Shown here piece by piece: positions 1-12,447 of a DNA stretch of 64,000 nucleotides. A program made the position numbers and the translations under genes. This DNA comes from Octopus bimaculoides. Taxonomy: Eukaryota. How positions within the stretch are numbered: position 1 is the first letter of the stretch; each line of letters begins with the position of its first letter. Below the pieces are notes generated by a model. The model was not told the DNA's origin. It worked only from the letters and a program-made list of their open reading frames with translations, and searched no databases. The stretch is taken from NCBI RefSeq assembly GCF_001194135.2, contig NC_068998.1, positions 19,299,296-19,363,295 on the forward strand, read 5' to 3'.

Positions 1-258
1 CAATGGTGTGCAAAACCATAGTCAATATCTTGATGGAGGACATCAACAGTAGTAATACTGCTGGCCTTGAACTGAAACCAGAAGCAATTATTATAAATAT
101 AATAATTATTATTATTGGAGAGGCAGCAAGCTAGCAGAATTGTTAGTGAAGGGACAGTAGCTAGTTCTGAGGTCACCTAGAGGTTATCATCAAGGCCACA
201 GGCAGGTTCATCAAGTGAGATCAACAGAACATGTCATGAAGACAAACTGACCCCAAAA

Positions 259-259
<1 letters not shown>

Positions 260-324
<65 letters not shown>

Positions 325-520
325 GTACACACACTCATATATACATATATGTACACACACATATATATATATACAAACATACAGATACATGAGTGTATGT
401 ATATATATATATATACATACACAAACATATGTATATAGATGAGTGTGTATGGTGTGTGTGTACATGTGTGTGTATACACACACATATTATACATATATGT
501 ATATATTATATACATACATA
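260..520. repeat. Compound (GT)n/(AT)n microsatellite
   Basis: Seen directly. Other (TA)n tracts at about 34675, 35243, 36110, 36271, 39573, 40385, 41440, 41785, 45095, 50340 and 57240. Confidence 0.95.
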
Positions 521-3500
521 TCATCATCATTTAATATCCACATTCCATGCTGGCATAGGCTGGACATTTTGACAGGCTGAGTCAGGCCTGAAGATTGCAT
601 TGTGTATCAATGTCTGTTTTGGCATAGTTTCTATTGTTGGATGTCCTTTCAAATGCCAACCACTTGGGTGCTTTTTCATATTACTAATGCTAGTGAGGTC
701 ACCATGTATGCTGAAAGTTCAAGATCCTGTTTGACTGAGTGGAGCCACAACAGAGAGGGAAGTGACTTTATGCTATGTGCTGAAGGGTGAAAGGGAGAAG
801 TGTGTAGAAGTTGAGTAGGACTTGAGAATAATAAAATGTGTGGTTGGGTAGAGATTGAAAAGTGTATAGGAAAGTGAGAAATAGGAAATGGGTGAGAGTG
901 AATATTATGAAGAACATGAATTGAGTGATAAGTAGGTGGAGGTAGGGAAGAGTGAAGTGTAATTGACAACTGAAGAAATTAGGTAAAGTTGAGGGGGTAA
1001 GGAGGAGGAACGAGAAAAGAGAGTAGAGAATGATACTACTAATAATAATAATAGTAAAGTAGACAAAGGAAGAAAAAGAGAGATGGATGAAAAGGAGAGA
1101 GGGAGACATTTGATAAGGTAAATTGTAAGAGGAGGGGGTGGGGCAGATATAGTGAATGGGGGAAGGTGATCAATGTAAAAAGTGGGTAAAGACAGTATTA
1201 TAAATGACAGATAACAGTGAAATGCTAAAATGTGCAGTTCTGATAATATTTAATTACAGTAGCAGAATAGTGCAATTAAAGCAATGATGGTAGTGGGAAT
1301 ATCTTGAAGAGGAATTCAAGAGTAGAAGGAGAAACTTCTCTTAGACATATGTAACAACACATTTTCAGCTGTGAATGGCATCATTGGATTGTACAATGCA
1401 TGTGTTTCTGTGTCTTTTTGCTTCACCAGCTACAAATTTTCTCTTGTACTATTTCCATAGCAGCAGGTCTTCTCAAGTCCAAATGCACTTGAATATGTTA
1501 AATATGATTTTACATGAACATATTCTACTCAATGCTGCTTCGTGAAGCATAATTTAATTCTAGCTTAACCAAGCTTTATGCACATCAACAAACTTATAGT
1601 GTGCTGTTTTAATAAGACTATTTTCCTTCTTATGGAGCTGTAACAGATTTGGTTTTTGTAGCTGACAAAGCAAACAGAAGCAGAAAGGTATGCATCCTAC
1701 AAATCAGATGTTTTTACATATTATACATACATACACACACACATACATAGTCCCACCCATGCTAGCATGAAAGATGGAAACGATGATGATGATACACACA
1801 CACACACACATATGCAAACACACAGACATTTCCTTAAGCCATGTTTGAACTCAGAATCATTATTTTGAAATGCAGAATTCCAGCATTCTTAACCACAAAC
1901 TTTATAGCTCTTCAATTGATTCAATAATGAGAACCAGGTGGCTTCAATGAGTGTTTTCTTTTTCTTTTTTTTTACATAAAATATTCCACAAAATAATCAA
2001 CTTCTTCAATAATGAGAGTTGAGAGTGTCTAAGTAAAGAATACGACCCTGTGAATACTAAACCACGAACAAAAATATTATTCAAAGTATAATAAACACTG
2101 TAGACCTCCTCTCCTATGTCAATCATTAACAGGTACTTCCTCTCAAGAAGTTTGGAGAGAACAGTATTAAGCAAACTCTACACTCATGTCTGGTATACTA
2201 AATTTTTAGCACAACTGACTGCCTATGAGGGTCAATTCTTTTATCTTTTGGTTCATAGGCAGTTAGGTAGGCAACTGAAATTATCATCATCATTTTCGCA
2301 TCCACTTTTCCATGCTTGCATCACTCAGATGGAATTTATAGGGGCAGATTTTCTAAGACCAGATGCCCTTCCAGTTGCCAAGCCTCACCTGTTTCCATTC
2401 AAGCTAATATTTTCCCATGTTCTCACAGAATACTGGAAACAAGTGACACAGCTTGTCTAACAATGACAATTATTTTAAAACTATCATGCAATGTCAAGAC
2501 AAAGTGTCATGATCATGCACACATACAAGTGTGATCACCATTTAACGTCCATTTTCCATGCTAGCACAGGCTGCATGGTTTGATAGGAGCTGGCATGGCC
2601 AGGAGACATACCAGGTTCCATTGTCTGTTTCGGCATGGTTTCTACATGCTGGATGTACTTCTTAATGCCAACCACTTTACAGAGTATACTAGGTGTTTAT
2701 GTGACACCACCATCAGTGCTTTTTATATGGCACCAGCACTAGTACTGACAGGGTCATCAGGTACCTTGCAAGACAAAATGCCTTGACTAGGAATGAGGAT
2801 TAGTATTTAGTGGGTGTGGGTTTGTGCCAGGTGAGTTAAGGTATAGAGGGGGCAAATATAAGTGTCTTTCTGTGGAGTAGAAAGGAGAGTAAGATGCAGA
2901 GAGTGATGGTGAGAGAGATGATGGTGGAGATGTGTTGGGATATGCTCACAAGGGACATTGAGGTGGTGAGAATAGGTGAAGTTATAGAGAGGCTTGGGCT
3001 GGGTGAGTGAGCAGGATGAGGTAGCAAACGTTGGAGAGGTTCAGGGGTGGGGATTGCAGTAGATATGTGATGGCACCGAGGGTGATAGCAGGTAAGCAGA
3101 GAGTTGATGATAGAGTGCAGCACAGGGTGGAGAGAAAAGATGCAAAAAGGAAGTGATTGGTGGAGACAGTAGGTGGGGGAAGAAAGGTAACTAAGAAAGC
3201 AAGGGGGTGTAGTATGTACCTATTCTGCTCTCAGGTAATAAAGGAAGGGATGGGTGTTAGGGGAGGAAATGTGGGTGGGGGAAAAGTTGACAGGGCAGAG
3301 CCCTTCATGGACATGCATTATCAAGTAGGTTTTAGGATATCAATTATGCTGTAGTGGGCAGGTCTCCATGAGTATAGAAAGTTGCTCGATATCTCAGTCT
3401 TTTGTCATCTCTTTTGCAAGTATCAGTGTTTCGAGATCAGCCTTGATCCTATGTCTTCTTGGGTCTCCCTCTTCCACAAGTTCCATCCACTTTAAGTGAT

Positions 3501-4305
3501 CAGCACTTCTTTATGTGTGCATGTATATACATATATATGTATGTATGTATACACATATATATATATTTTTTTATATTTATACAGTCACCTTCCTTGGTTG
3601 CACTTCCTCTCTCAGCTTGTAAGCTACACTACTCGACAACTCCACTGAGCTGGTGACACATAAAAAGCACCCAGTACATTCTGTAAAGTGGTTGACGTTA
3701 GGAAGGGCATGAAAAACAACCAATCGGAGGCCGGTACAGCTCTCCAGCTTTCCAGCTCCTGACAAACCATCCAACCCATGCCATAATGGAAAACAAACGT
3801 TACCTTTTTTTCCACCTCTTTAATTTTCTCTGTCGTTCATACTTTGTGTAATAACATTACACAGAGTATAAAATTATATATAATTATACATGTAAATTCG
3901 TCATCTGAAAGTTTCCACCTCTTACTTTCTTTCATTTTGTATGTATACATATGTACATATTTTGTATTTGATGTATTTAATATATTTAATGTCTAATTTG
4001 TTTATCCCCATAATTGCTTTTATATATGTATACACACTGGTTCAATATCACTTCATTAATGTTAGTGAATTGGTTACTTAATCATTTTTTTGTGTAGGTT
4101 AAACAATCAATCGTTTTTTTTAACCAACACATTAGACAAATAATCAATTAGTTAAATGGCTAGATATTTAACCAATTGACTAACAATAAAAAAGTGATAT
4201 TGAACCAGTATGTGATTATTATTGTTGGCATGACCCTACCAAGACAAAATTTGTTTCAATACATAATTTCACAAGAATCTTGCACACCAAATACAAAAAT
4301 GAAAT

Positions 4306-4344
<39 letters not shown>

Positions 4345-4599
4345 CTTTCAGTTTCCATCTACCAAATCCAATCATAAAGCTTTGGTCAGCCCAGGACTAT
4401 AATGGGAGACACTTGATGATGATGCTATGCAGTAGGACTGAACCCAAAACCATGTGATTGGGAAACAAACTTAGTTCTGGGATGAGACCCACTGCATGAA
4501 CCCAGAACCATGTTTGTTTCCTAATCACATAATTCTGGTTTCAGTCCCACTACACAACACCTATCCCTCTCCATCCCATACACAACCAAAAGCTCATCG

Positions 4600-6080
4600 C
4601 TCTAAATCATCCAAGAAGTTCACTCACCGTAACCTTGCTGTGGCAGTTAAAAGAGCTTGGTCAACAACACTTAGGGAAAAAAGTAATTTAACCCACTGCT
4701 GCTAACCTGGACAGCTTTTTCCGAGTACAACTCCCGCAAAACTATTATGTACAATGCAAAGGACACCTCAGTAAATCCACTAATTTTCCAAACTCCCTAA
4801 CTACAGTTGACTCTTTAGGTCCCTTGTCAAGAGAATGTACTAATTTCACAGAATGCTCCTTCCCTTCACTTCTCCACAACAAAGGAGCATTCCCAAAAAG
4901 AAAGCTTTCTCATTTACTGCTTCCTTTGTACCCAACTTCATCCTGTAGACACTAGGTAAGTTCCCTATCCATTCTACCAACCTCACCCCAAGTACCTCTA
5001 GTCAGTTCAAACCAAGATCATCTTTTCAATCAACAGCTTTCCTAAAAGATAACATCATCATGGCATGTACTAGTTGTGCTCTCTCTGACTCACATGATAT
5101 CAACTCTGGTGTGCCTTAAAGTCCAGTTTTGTCCCTAGACTTTTATATATCAACAACCTACTTGCTTCTCCACCTAGCAATGCCCAGTCTTACTCAAATG
5201 AAACCACTCTTCATTCCTCCTTAATCTTCCAAACCCAAACATTATCCAGATGCAACAGAGAAGACTCATGCCAACCTTATCCCCTCCAAAAGCAGATACA
5301 ATCACTACACATCAGGGAAAAAATATCACCCCTGCCTTCCCCTAAACATGAATAACACACAACTAGAACCCACAAAATCTCTCTTGAAGACCACACATCC
5401 TCAACACCACAAAGGCCAGCCTTCTTTTCAGGATCAGAAAATACTTCAGTCTTTAATTACTTATCCTTTATAAAACTTAGGAGTATTGCTCCAAAATTGG
5501 AGATAGTGCTGCTGCTACACATGCAGACATCTTAGACTGTGTCACCATCATCATTTGACATCCACTTTTCCATTGGTCAGACAGAATTTGCTGAGACATA
5601 TTTTCTATGGTCAGATGAAATTCCTGATGCCAATCCTTACCTGTTTCCCAGCAAGATAATATTTCTCCTTGGCTAGACATAATTTTCATTTACAATCATC
5701 ACATGATGTTAAGACAAGGATATACATACACACATATATATCTACAGTAGGCTTCTTTCAGTTTCCATCTACCAAATCCAAAAGTCACTCGAGACCAATT
5801 GCATAGGGTCATTCTCCAACATACACACCAACCTCTGCCACACAGACATGCTGTCTCCTCTTTCTACCTTTTGTATGAAAACTGAAGTAGACTCTGCTCC
5901 ATAGAAATGGCTGATCTTATATGACTTTCATTGGAACACTCTCAACTCATCCTTTCTCTTCACTTTCGTTGTGTCCACCACATCCAATCAGTAACCTCCA
6001 GAATGTCAACTCTCTTAAATTCTTTCCCTGCAGCTATTGACTTGCAACTATTCAAGAGAAGAATTACTCACATTGATCTG
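4600..6080 (+). mobile_element. Decayed CR1/L2-type LINE (interrupted by younger repeats)
   Basis: INSGVP*SPVLS..YINNL (GVPQGS RT motif) at about 5100, and the C-terminal FPAAIDLQLFKRRITHIDL at about 6020-6080. Confidence 0.65.
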
Positions 6081-7724
6081 TGAAAGCCATAGTCAAACAA
6101 AAAAATATTTTTTTAAATCATAAGAAGCTACAAATTATTACTTAAATCAAAGGCAAGAAATACTCCTTCACTTTTGTAACATACTAATTAAAACTTTTAA
6201 TGATCTACTTGTAGAGTCATAAAATATATATAATTTAATCCACTTTCTCAGAATAAATTCCCTGAAATTAATGTCTTTCTATCCATTAATCTCCACACTG
6301 CACCTAAGCCTCTATTCTCAACATATTAAAACTCACCCTCAACATACGTCAGCAACTCACACACACACACACAAATTTATTATTCTGACTGGATTCTGAG
6401 TGGTTGGATACAGTTAGGATGTCTGATATTACTGATAAGTTCACAGCAAGAATGGCAGCCTCTACTGTAATTTCTCTAAATGAATTAGGGTCCCAAAATT
6501 GCATTCATTTTCTGACTACAATCACATTTAACCATATTAAATGTTTTCTAAGTGTTTGTGTTGATGGAAAGCACACTCAAGTCACACTTGTCATGCAACT
6601 GTAGTCTTCCAATTAATCCATTTTACATTTCTAGTTCACCATGCCATATTTTCCAGTATACAAGTCAAATTTTTCAGTGCAAAATTTACAGCCAGAAAAA
6701 ACAGAGGTCAACCAAGACATTGGCAGACCAAAACAAAACTTCCATGCAAAATGCAACAGGATTTGGAAAAACAGTAACAATGTTTGAATGTTTATAATAT
6801 ATGTTTACACTATATAGCACAGTGCTGGAAAATACAATACCTCTCACATAGATTCAGGAATTTTTCAGGAGACACAAAGAATAACACTGCATGACACAGT
6901 AAAAAGCTATATAACGCAGACATAGTCTACCAAGTTGTGAAATGGGTGTTAAGTTAACACCCTACCGTATAAAAACATTTCTTGCAACGAAATCATCATC
7001 AAAATGCAAAATAAACAAGCCTGTCTTGAGCAAGGTAGACTTAGCTTGCTGCCCAGTTAATACCTGGCCCTTGGATACCTTTAGATGAAGTCCACTCAAT
7101 TGAAAGCTTTCATGTCAAGTTTCCAGTTTCTTGATAAATTACTTCCTTCTCACCAGTCTTGGACATCCACAAGTGTCTTCCGGAAAAAAATACAGGATAG
7201 GACTTGGAATGAGATATAGAAAGTTGTAATTATGGAGATACTAGTGTTTCGTTGACATACTGTTACATCATGTTTTTTGAGGTTGTGATTATGTAGCTAA
7301 GATATTTGCTTTCCAACATGGTTCCAGGTTCAGTCCCACTGCATGGTACCTTGGGCAAGTGTTTTCTACTCCAGCCCTAAGCCAACCAAAGCCTTGCAAG
7401 TAGATTTGGTAAGCAGGAAACTAAAAGAAGCCTATCGTATATATATATATATACACATGTGTGTGTGTGTGTTTCTGTCTCCTTGTTTTGACATTTCGTG
7501 CTAGCTGTAAATGACTGTGACTGTCATTCATTTCCAATACTCTGATAAGGACGACGATGATGTGAAAATATGTTTGACTATGAAGAAATATTACTTAGCT
7601 TGGAAACAGGTGAGTATTGGCTACAGGAAGGGCATCCAGTCATAGAAAATTTGCCTCAATAGACTCCAACCAACCAAGGAAAGAGTGGATATTAAAATGA
7701 TGATAATGATGAGCACTAAGATGT

Positions 7725-8190
7725 TGCAGAACTTTCTAAATGAGATCAGAAATCACTGCAGATCTTCAGCTGAATGACTAATTGCTGCATTATCTGCAAG
7801 AAATAGATCCTCAAAACACTTTGTGTAGATATCTTCCTTTATCTTGAAATTCAAGACATTGTAAAATTTTCATTTAACTTTGGATAGGCATACAATCCTA
7901 CTTTAAGCTCCAACTAATGTCACAGTTTTCATGCAAAGGAATAATACACAAGGGTTCTGTTTATTTTCATGAAACACTGGGGAATTATGTAACCCTGCTT
8001 CATTTTCCTTGACAAATGTCAAAGGGTTTTCTTCAAGATTTCATGAAACATCTTTACTATACAGATCAGCATCCAATTTTGGTCACAATCTCAAAATAAC
8101 TATCTCAAGTAATAAAATTACAGAGAATGGTTTTTGTCTATTTTTTTTCTCAAGGGACACTCTTATGGAACTACTAAGATCTACTGAGAT
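7725..8190 (-). mobile_element. Decayed RTE LINE RT fragment
   Basis: DLFLADNAAISHSAEDLQ (LFADDAAL-type motif) and a KPFDICQG..KQG remnant. Confidence 0.65.
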
Positions 8191-9816
8191 TTAGAAAGAT
8201 GAGTTAGAGCTATAAGCCAATTACACCATGATTATTACAAAATTGTTGAAAACCTAGATGTATATCATTTAACATCCATTTCCATGCTAGCATGGGCTGG
8301 ATGGTTTTACAGGATCCAATGGGTCCAAGGACTGCATCATGCTCCAGTGTTTGCTTTGGCATGGTTCCTACAGTTGGATGCCCTTCTAAATGCTAACCAC
8401 TTTCCAGCATGTACAGGATGGTTTTTTTTTAGTGTTGAGGGAGGTCAGCTTTATGTTAGGAGACAAGGGATTAAAAGTACGAGAAAGATGAGGATGAAGC
8501 AGTTTCTTGAAGAGGATCTACCAAAAGTGCACAATATAGGCTCTAAACCGTCTCCCAAGACTCATGAGCTTCCTTCTAGTCAATCTAAGATATTTTACCA
8601 AACAGTAACGAAAAAATTCACACAATCAATCAAGAAGATATTCATGAGGTTTGCATGTCCTACGTTTTAAAGAAAAATATAACATTCCTGAACTTAATGT
8701 CAGCATAAAGAATAACCCAGAGAAATATTTTTGCTTAGATAGCTGTCTTACGTTTTATACTGTCAATAATAAGAAAGATAAATTGGAAATTAATTTTAAG
8801 AATTTCTTATGACCACGACTTGTTAATAACATTAGAAATCTCAACACTACAAATTAATAGCCAATATCCATTCATGAAAGCTACAGAGTCGTCCCTTCCC
8901 GGGTTTTTGATTGGGTTAAGCCTTTCAGCCGTAAAAACAAAACTTGCGCGTGAATAATTTAATCAACTATGGAAGCACAGAAGTAACAAAATGAGACCAC
9001 TAAAGATAGTTTTACTGCATTTTAGTTTTTTAAATTTTTTAAAGATATGACTTTTTCAAAACAAAAAAAAAAATATTTCCGATAGACAAGTACACTGATC
9101 CATAAAACTACATCTCCACCCTATTTTCTCAGTTTAAATACGGATGGAACAATTTTCATTTGCTAACTATTGAACTATAAACTAAAAGTTTAAAATAATC
9201 ATCTCTGTATAGTTTAATTAAAAAACAATCAAGGAAAAAAAGTGTAAACCTTTTTTTTTTAATGATTTAAGTTTTATCAAGTACGGGACACCATAAATAC
9301 TTCGCCCACTAATACACGTCAGGTCGTGTCGAAAAAAAATTTACACAATGCTCTATTTTCGAACTCGTTGGTAATCACTAACATTGAAAATTCTTATTAA
9401 CATCTACAATGAAAACATTAACAGCAATCACCAACATTAATAAAATGAAAACACGTTTAGAAAATGTTCACAAAAACAGAAATGGTTCAATTTCCTCGTA
9501 TATACATGTATAATATATATACATCAGTAAAACAGAATCCGAAGAAACCCATGACGTTCTGCGTAGTATGTTATCCAACAGAAAATAGTACAAAGAGAAA
9601 AGTAGTTTATTCTTAAAACTTTTCATTAATTATCAAATTTTCCTAAGATAAATTAGCTGTTATCATACCTATTTAAGGAAACTAACGTTCTTTTTCATTA
9701 AATAAAGTGACTTTATCTAAAACACATTAAATGTAGCACGTTACATCAGCCGCCATGGTGGATGAATAAATAAATAAATAAATAAATAAGTTATGATGAG
9801 TATGTATTTTACTGAC

Positions 9817-9964
9817 CAGCAAATAATGAATTCCTATCCAACCCAATGGAATGGATACTGATAATGTCCACATTCTTAGACTGTTCACGGAAGTATGAAG
9901 CCAGTGACTGGGAAACGGTCGATTTGCCCGAACAAGGCAAACCACATAGAATAACCAGCGGCAT
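9817..9964 (-). CDS. KTI12: KTI12 homolog (Elongator-associated P-loop protein), coding exon 1 only
   Basis: MPLVILCGLPCSGKSTVSQSLASYFREQSKNVDIISIHSIGLDRNSLFA, then G|gtcagt (148 nt, phase 1). Matches the KTI12 N-terminus MPLVVFCGLPYSGKS with its Walker A motif. Not present in the ORF track. Confidence 0.9.
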
Positions 9965-10110
9965 TTCAGACACTAAAATGGCCACCACTGTCAGAACGAG
10001 GCGACAACCGGTCTCTGCAGGTTTGAAAGCCGTGTGTTGAGCTTTTAATAAGCTGACTTAGGTATTTTAACTTGGCAATTACAAAAGTTGCCGAAATGCT
10101 CTGGTCACTG
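9965..10110 (-). promoter_or_regulatory. KTI12 5' UTR / core promoter
   Basis: CpG-rich stretch directly upstream of the ATG. YY1-type AAAATGGCC at 9975-9983, and GCCGCCATGG at 9749-9758 just inside intron 1. Confidence 0.5.
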
Positions 10111-11455
10111 ATGTTAAAAACAAATTATTAGAAAATTTTAAATAATTTCCAATCTTATACATTGCCAAATCTTTCGTTGAGGATTTCGAAAATTCCTACG
10201 AAGAATATTTTCAATCATTTAGATGCTTATTTTTTTTATTAAATCTCGATTAATATTTGTTTTAGATATGAAAACATTGATTTTCAAAATGACTTCTTCG
10301 AAACTTGCATGAAAAATAAATGTGTTATGTTTTATATAGCATCACATTCTAAACTGTTGTGTCCAATACCATTTTTATATTTTTCTTTCGGAAATGATGA
10401 ACATGTGCCAGATATATCAATAATAATACTGGTAATTCTTATTACAACAACCGTCATTCCTCCATCTTTATGATTATCAAAACAAACCTTCAGAGATTAA
10501 TTCATTCGCCATGTTCTGACAGTTAAGTCATGTTACATGCTTTTAATAAATTTTTTTTAATCATAAAACAAATTGGTATTAGTAAATTGGTTATTAATCA
10601 ATTTTGACAATTATTCATTTGCTAAAAAAAAAATCTTTGATCTATTTTCTGCTAGAGAAAATAACTGATTGGCAGAAAGCATGGAGTAGCGGGGATCGAT
10701 TTCACATCTCTGTAACTAAAAATGTTGTAACCAGTTAAATGTATTATATTACATAAAGCTTATTTTCTAAGCTATGAAGAAAATTATTTCGATCAAATCA
10801 ATCAATCGTTGTCGTCCAGTGCTTGCTATATCTGCGCATACCTTTGTATGTCCATGCATAGAGAGTGGGGAAAGAGAGAGAACGAGAGAAAGTACGATAG
10901 AGAAATTAAAAAGTTGTTTTCATTTATCTTTCCATCTTCCTTCGAAGGAACTAAATATGTTTAGTAATTTCACTTTGAAAACTTATGGAAGGTAATATGC
11001 ATTAGTAGAATTGAAATAAATCGGAAGGTTTTTATAATCAAATTTTCGAGTATTAAAACTGTTTCCCACCAAACCTATGTATGCAGGTATAATTTGGTCA
11101 GCTGAGAAGATAGATATCGACATCAGTTGACCTGCTATTGAAAAGATAACGGTTTTCGTCTTAATCTCTTATTCGCCTTAACGTATCTTTTTCTCTCTTT
11201 CAACTCGATTAAATTTTGCAATTTTTTTTTTTCCAGATAGAGATTTCGTCAATTATCTCAGACCCAATAATTTTATTGATACTTGGATGAATAAAACGAA
11301 CTTTGTGAAGCCTACCTCACTGTGGTATTTATAACTGCTAGAGATAACAGCCAAATTTCACCCTACTGCCCTACATGTTATTTTACATTATCGGTGGCAT
11401 TTCATGCCAGAAAAAAATACGGGGTGGTCATTAGCTGGAATGCTATTGATCATAG

Positions 11456-11572
11456 GGTAATTTTTCAGATTAACACCCGCACGATTTTCACTAGGGTGTT
11501 AGGGAATTCGTCCTTAACCCTGACCCTAAAACCTTAGTGAAGATCGTGCGGGTGTTAATCTGAAAAATTACC
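11456..11572. mobile_element. 117-bp MITE, Merlin-like
   Basis: 49-bp TIRs starting GGTAATTTTTCAGATTAACACCCGCACG with 3 mismatches, a 19-nt spacer, and a perfect 8-bp TSD GATCATAG (11448-11455 and 11573-11580). Confidence 0.85.
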
Positions 11573-12441
11573 GATCATAGACCTAAACTAAAACAAAAAA
11601 TATTCAGATTACGTCTCAAAATAAATTTTGACATCTAGTTGATAATGTGTAAATGAGTCGAGTTCACTTTTCAGGACCAATATTACTACAGGATGATAGA
11701 AACCTCATACTACTTTACTACTTGCTCAGGTCCGAGGCAAAAACCAGCCCATTGCTAGGTTTGCCCAGTAAAGATTCTATTTAGTCACAACATTATTAAC
11801 TTGACAAGCAGCTGTCACTCAAAGGAAAAAAATGCAGTTTTAATTTTTCAGATTATAATCCTTGTCTTCCGGTATGGAAAACTATCTGATTACACATTTC
11901 ATTTTGAACACCGTTCATCCCAAAGAGTCTTATTTTCTAATATAAAGTAGTCCACATGAATGACATTAACACTCTTAGTATAAAAACAAGGATTCAAAGT
12001 TCAAATTCAGCCTGGCACTATGTAAGCATCCACAATAGGACACCTAACAATAAGAGATCAATATCAAAACATCTATCATCTCATGATGCAATCAATTATC
12101 TGAAAAACTAACAAGAAACACATTCAAAGGACTTATTAGCCTTCAATAACTTACATCACATCATTCTTGTTTGATTGCTGATTATAATCTTTATCACAGC
12201 AGCCATAATCCAAAAACGGTTAAAAATGTTTATTTATAAATATCTTGTATAGAATGATGGAAAAAGACCTAACATCCATCAGCAAAACTAAAGTGTACTA
12301 CTTATGGGCCTCTATATTTCAAATCTAAATTTACAAACAAATAATACTGAAAAGATGTAAGTTTTAATCTAAGACAAACATTTATCAACAATTATGTACA
12401 GCAACAAACAGAGAAACAAGAAATTTATATATAAAAATCTT

Positions 12442-12447
12442 TTTATT
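12442..12447 (-). terminator. Probable distal poly(A) signal of ANP32 (3' UTR about 2.45 kb)
   Basis: AATAAA on the minus strand, followed by a U/GU-rich downstream element (ttcttgtttctctgtttgttg). Other minus-strand AATAAA occur at 14056-14061 and 14731-14736. Confidence 0.5.

Noticed and set aside
211-530. ORFs rich in Y/I/H/T/C/V (also 39494, 41293, 41673, 47241 and 50260)
   Set aside because: Translations of (AT)n/(GT)n microsatellites.
740-1200. GA-rich tract giving S/L/F-rich ORFs on the minus strand
   Set aside because: Low-complexity strand bias, probably a decayed repeat that I could not classify.
7100-7200. GEKEVI as a possible KTI12 exon 2
   Set aside because: The flanking residues do not match KTI12 and the frame closes soon after.
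8284-8670. 128-aa ORF
   Set aside because: It starts inside an RTE 3' UTR copy and continues into unremarkable sequence; no homology recognised.
10682-10720. tRNA-Ala-like 3' end on the minus strand (GATCCCCGCTACTCCA)
   Set aside because: Similarity ends after about 20 nt; no cloverleaf or A box.
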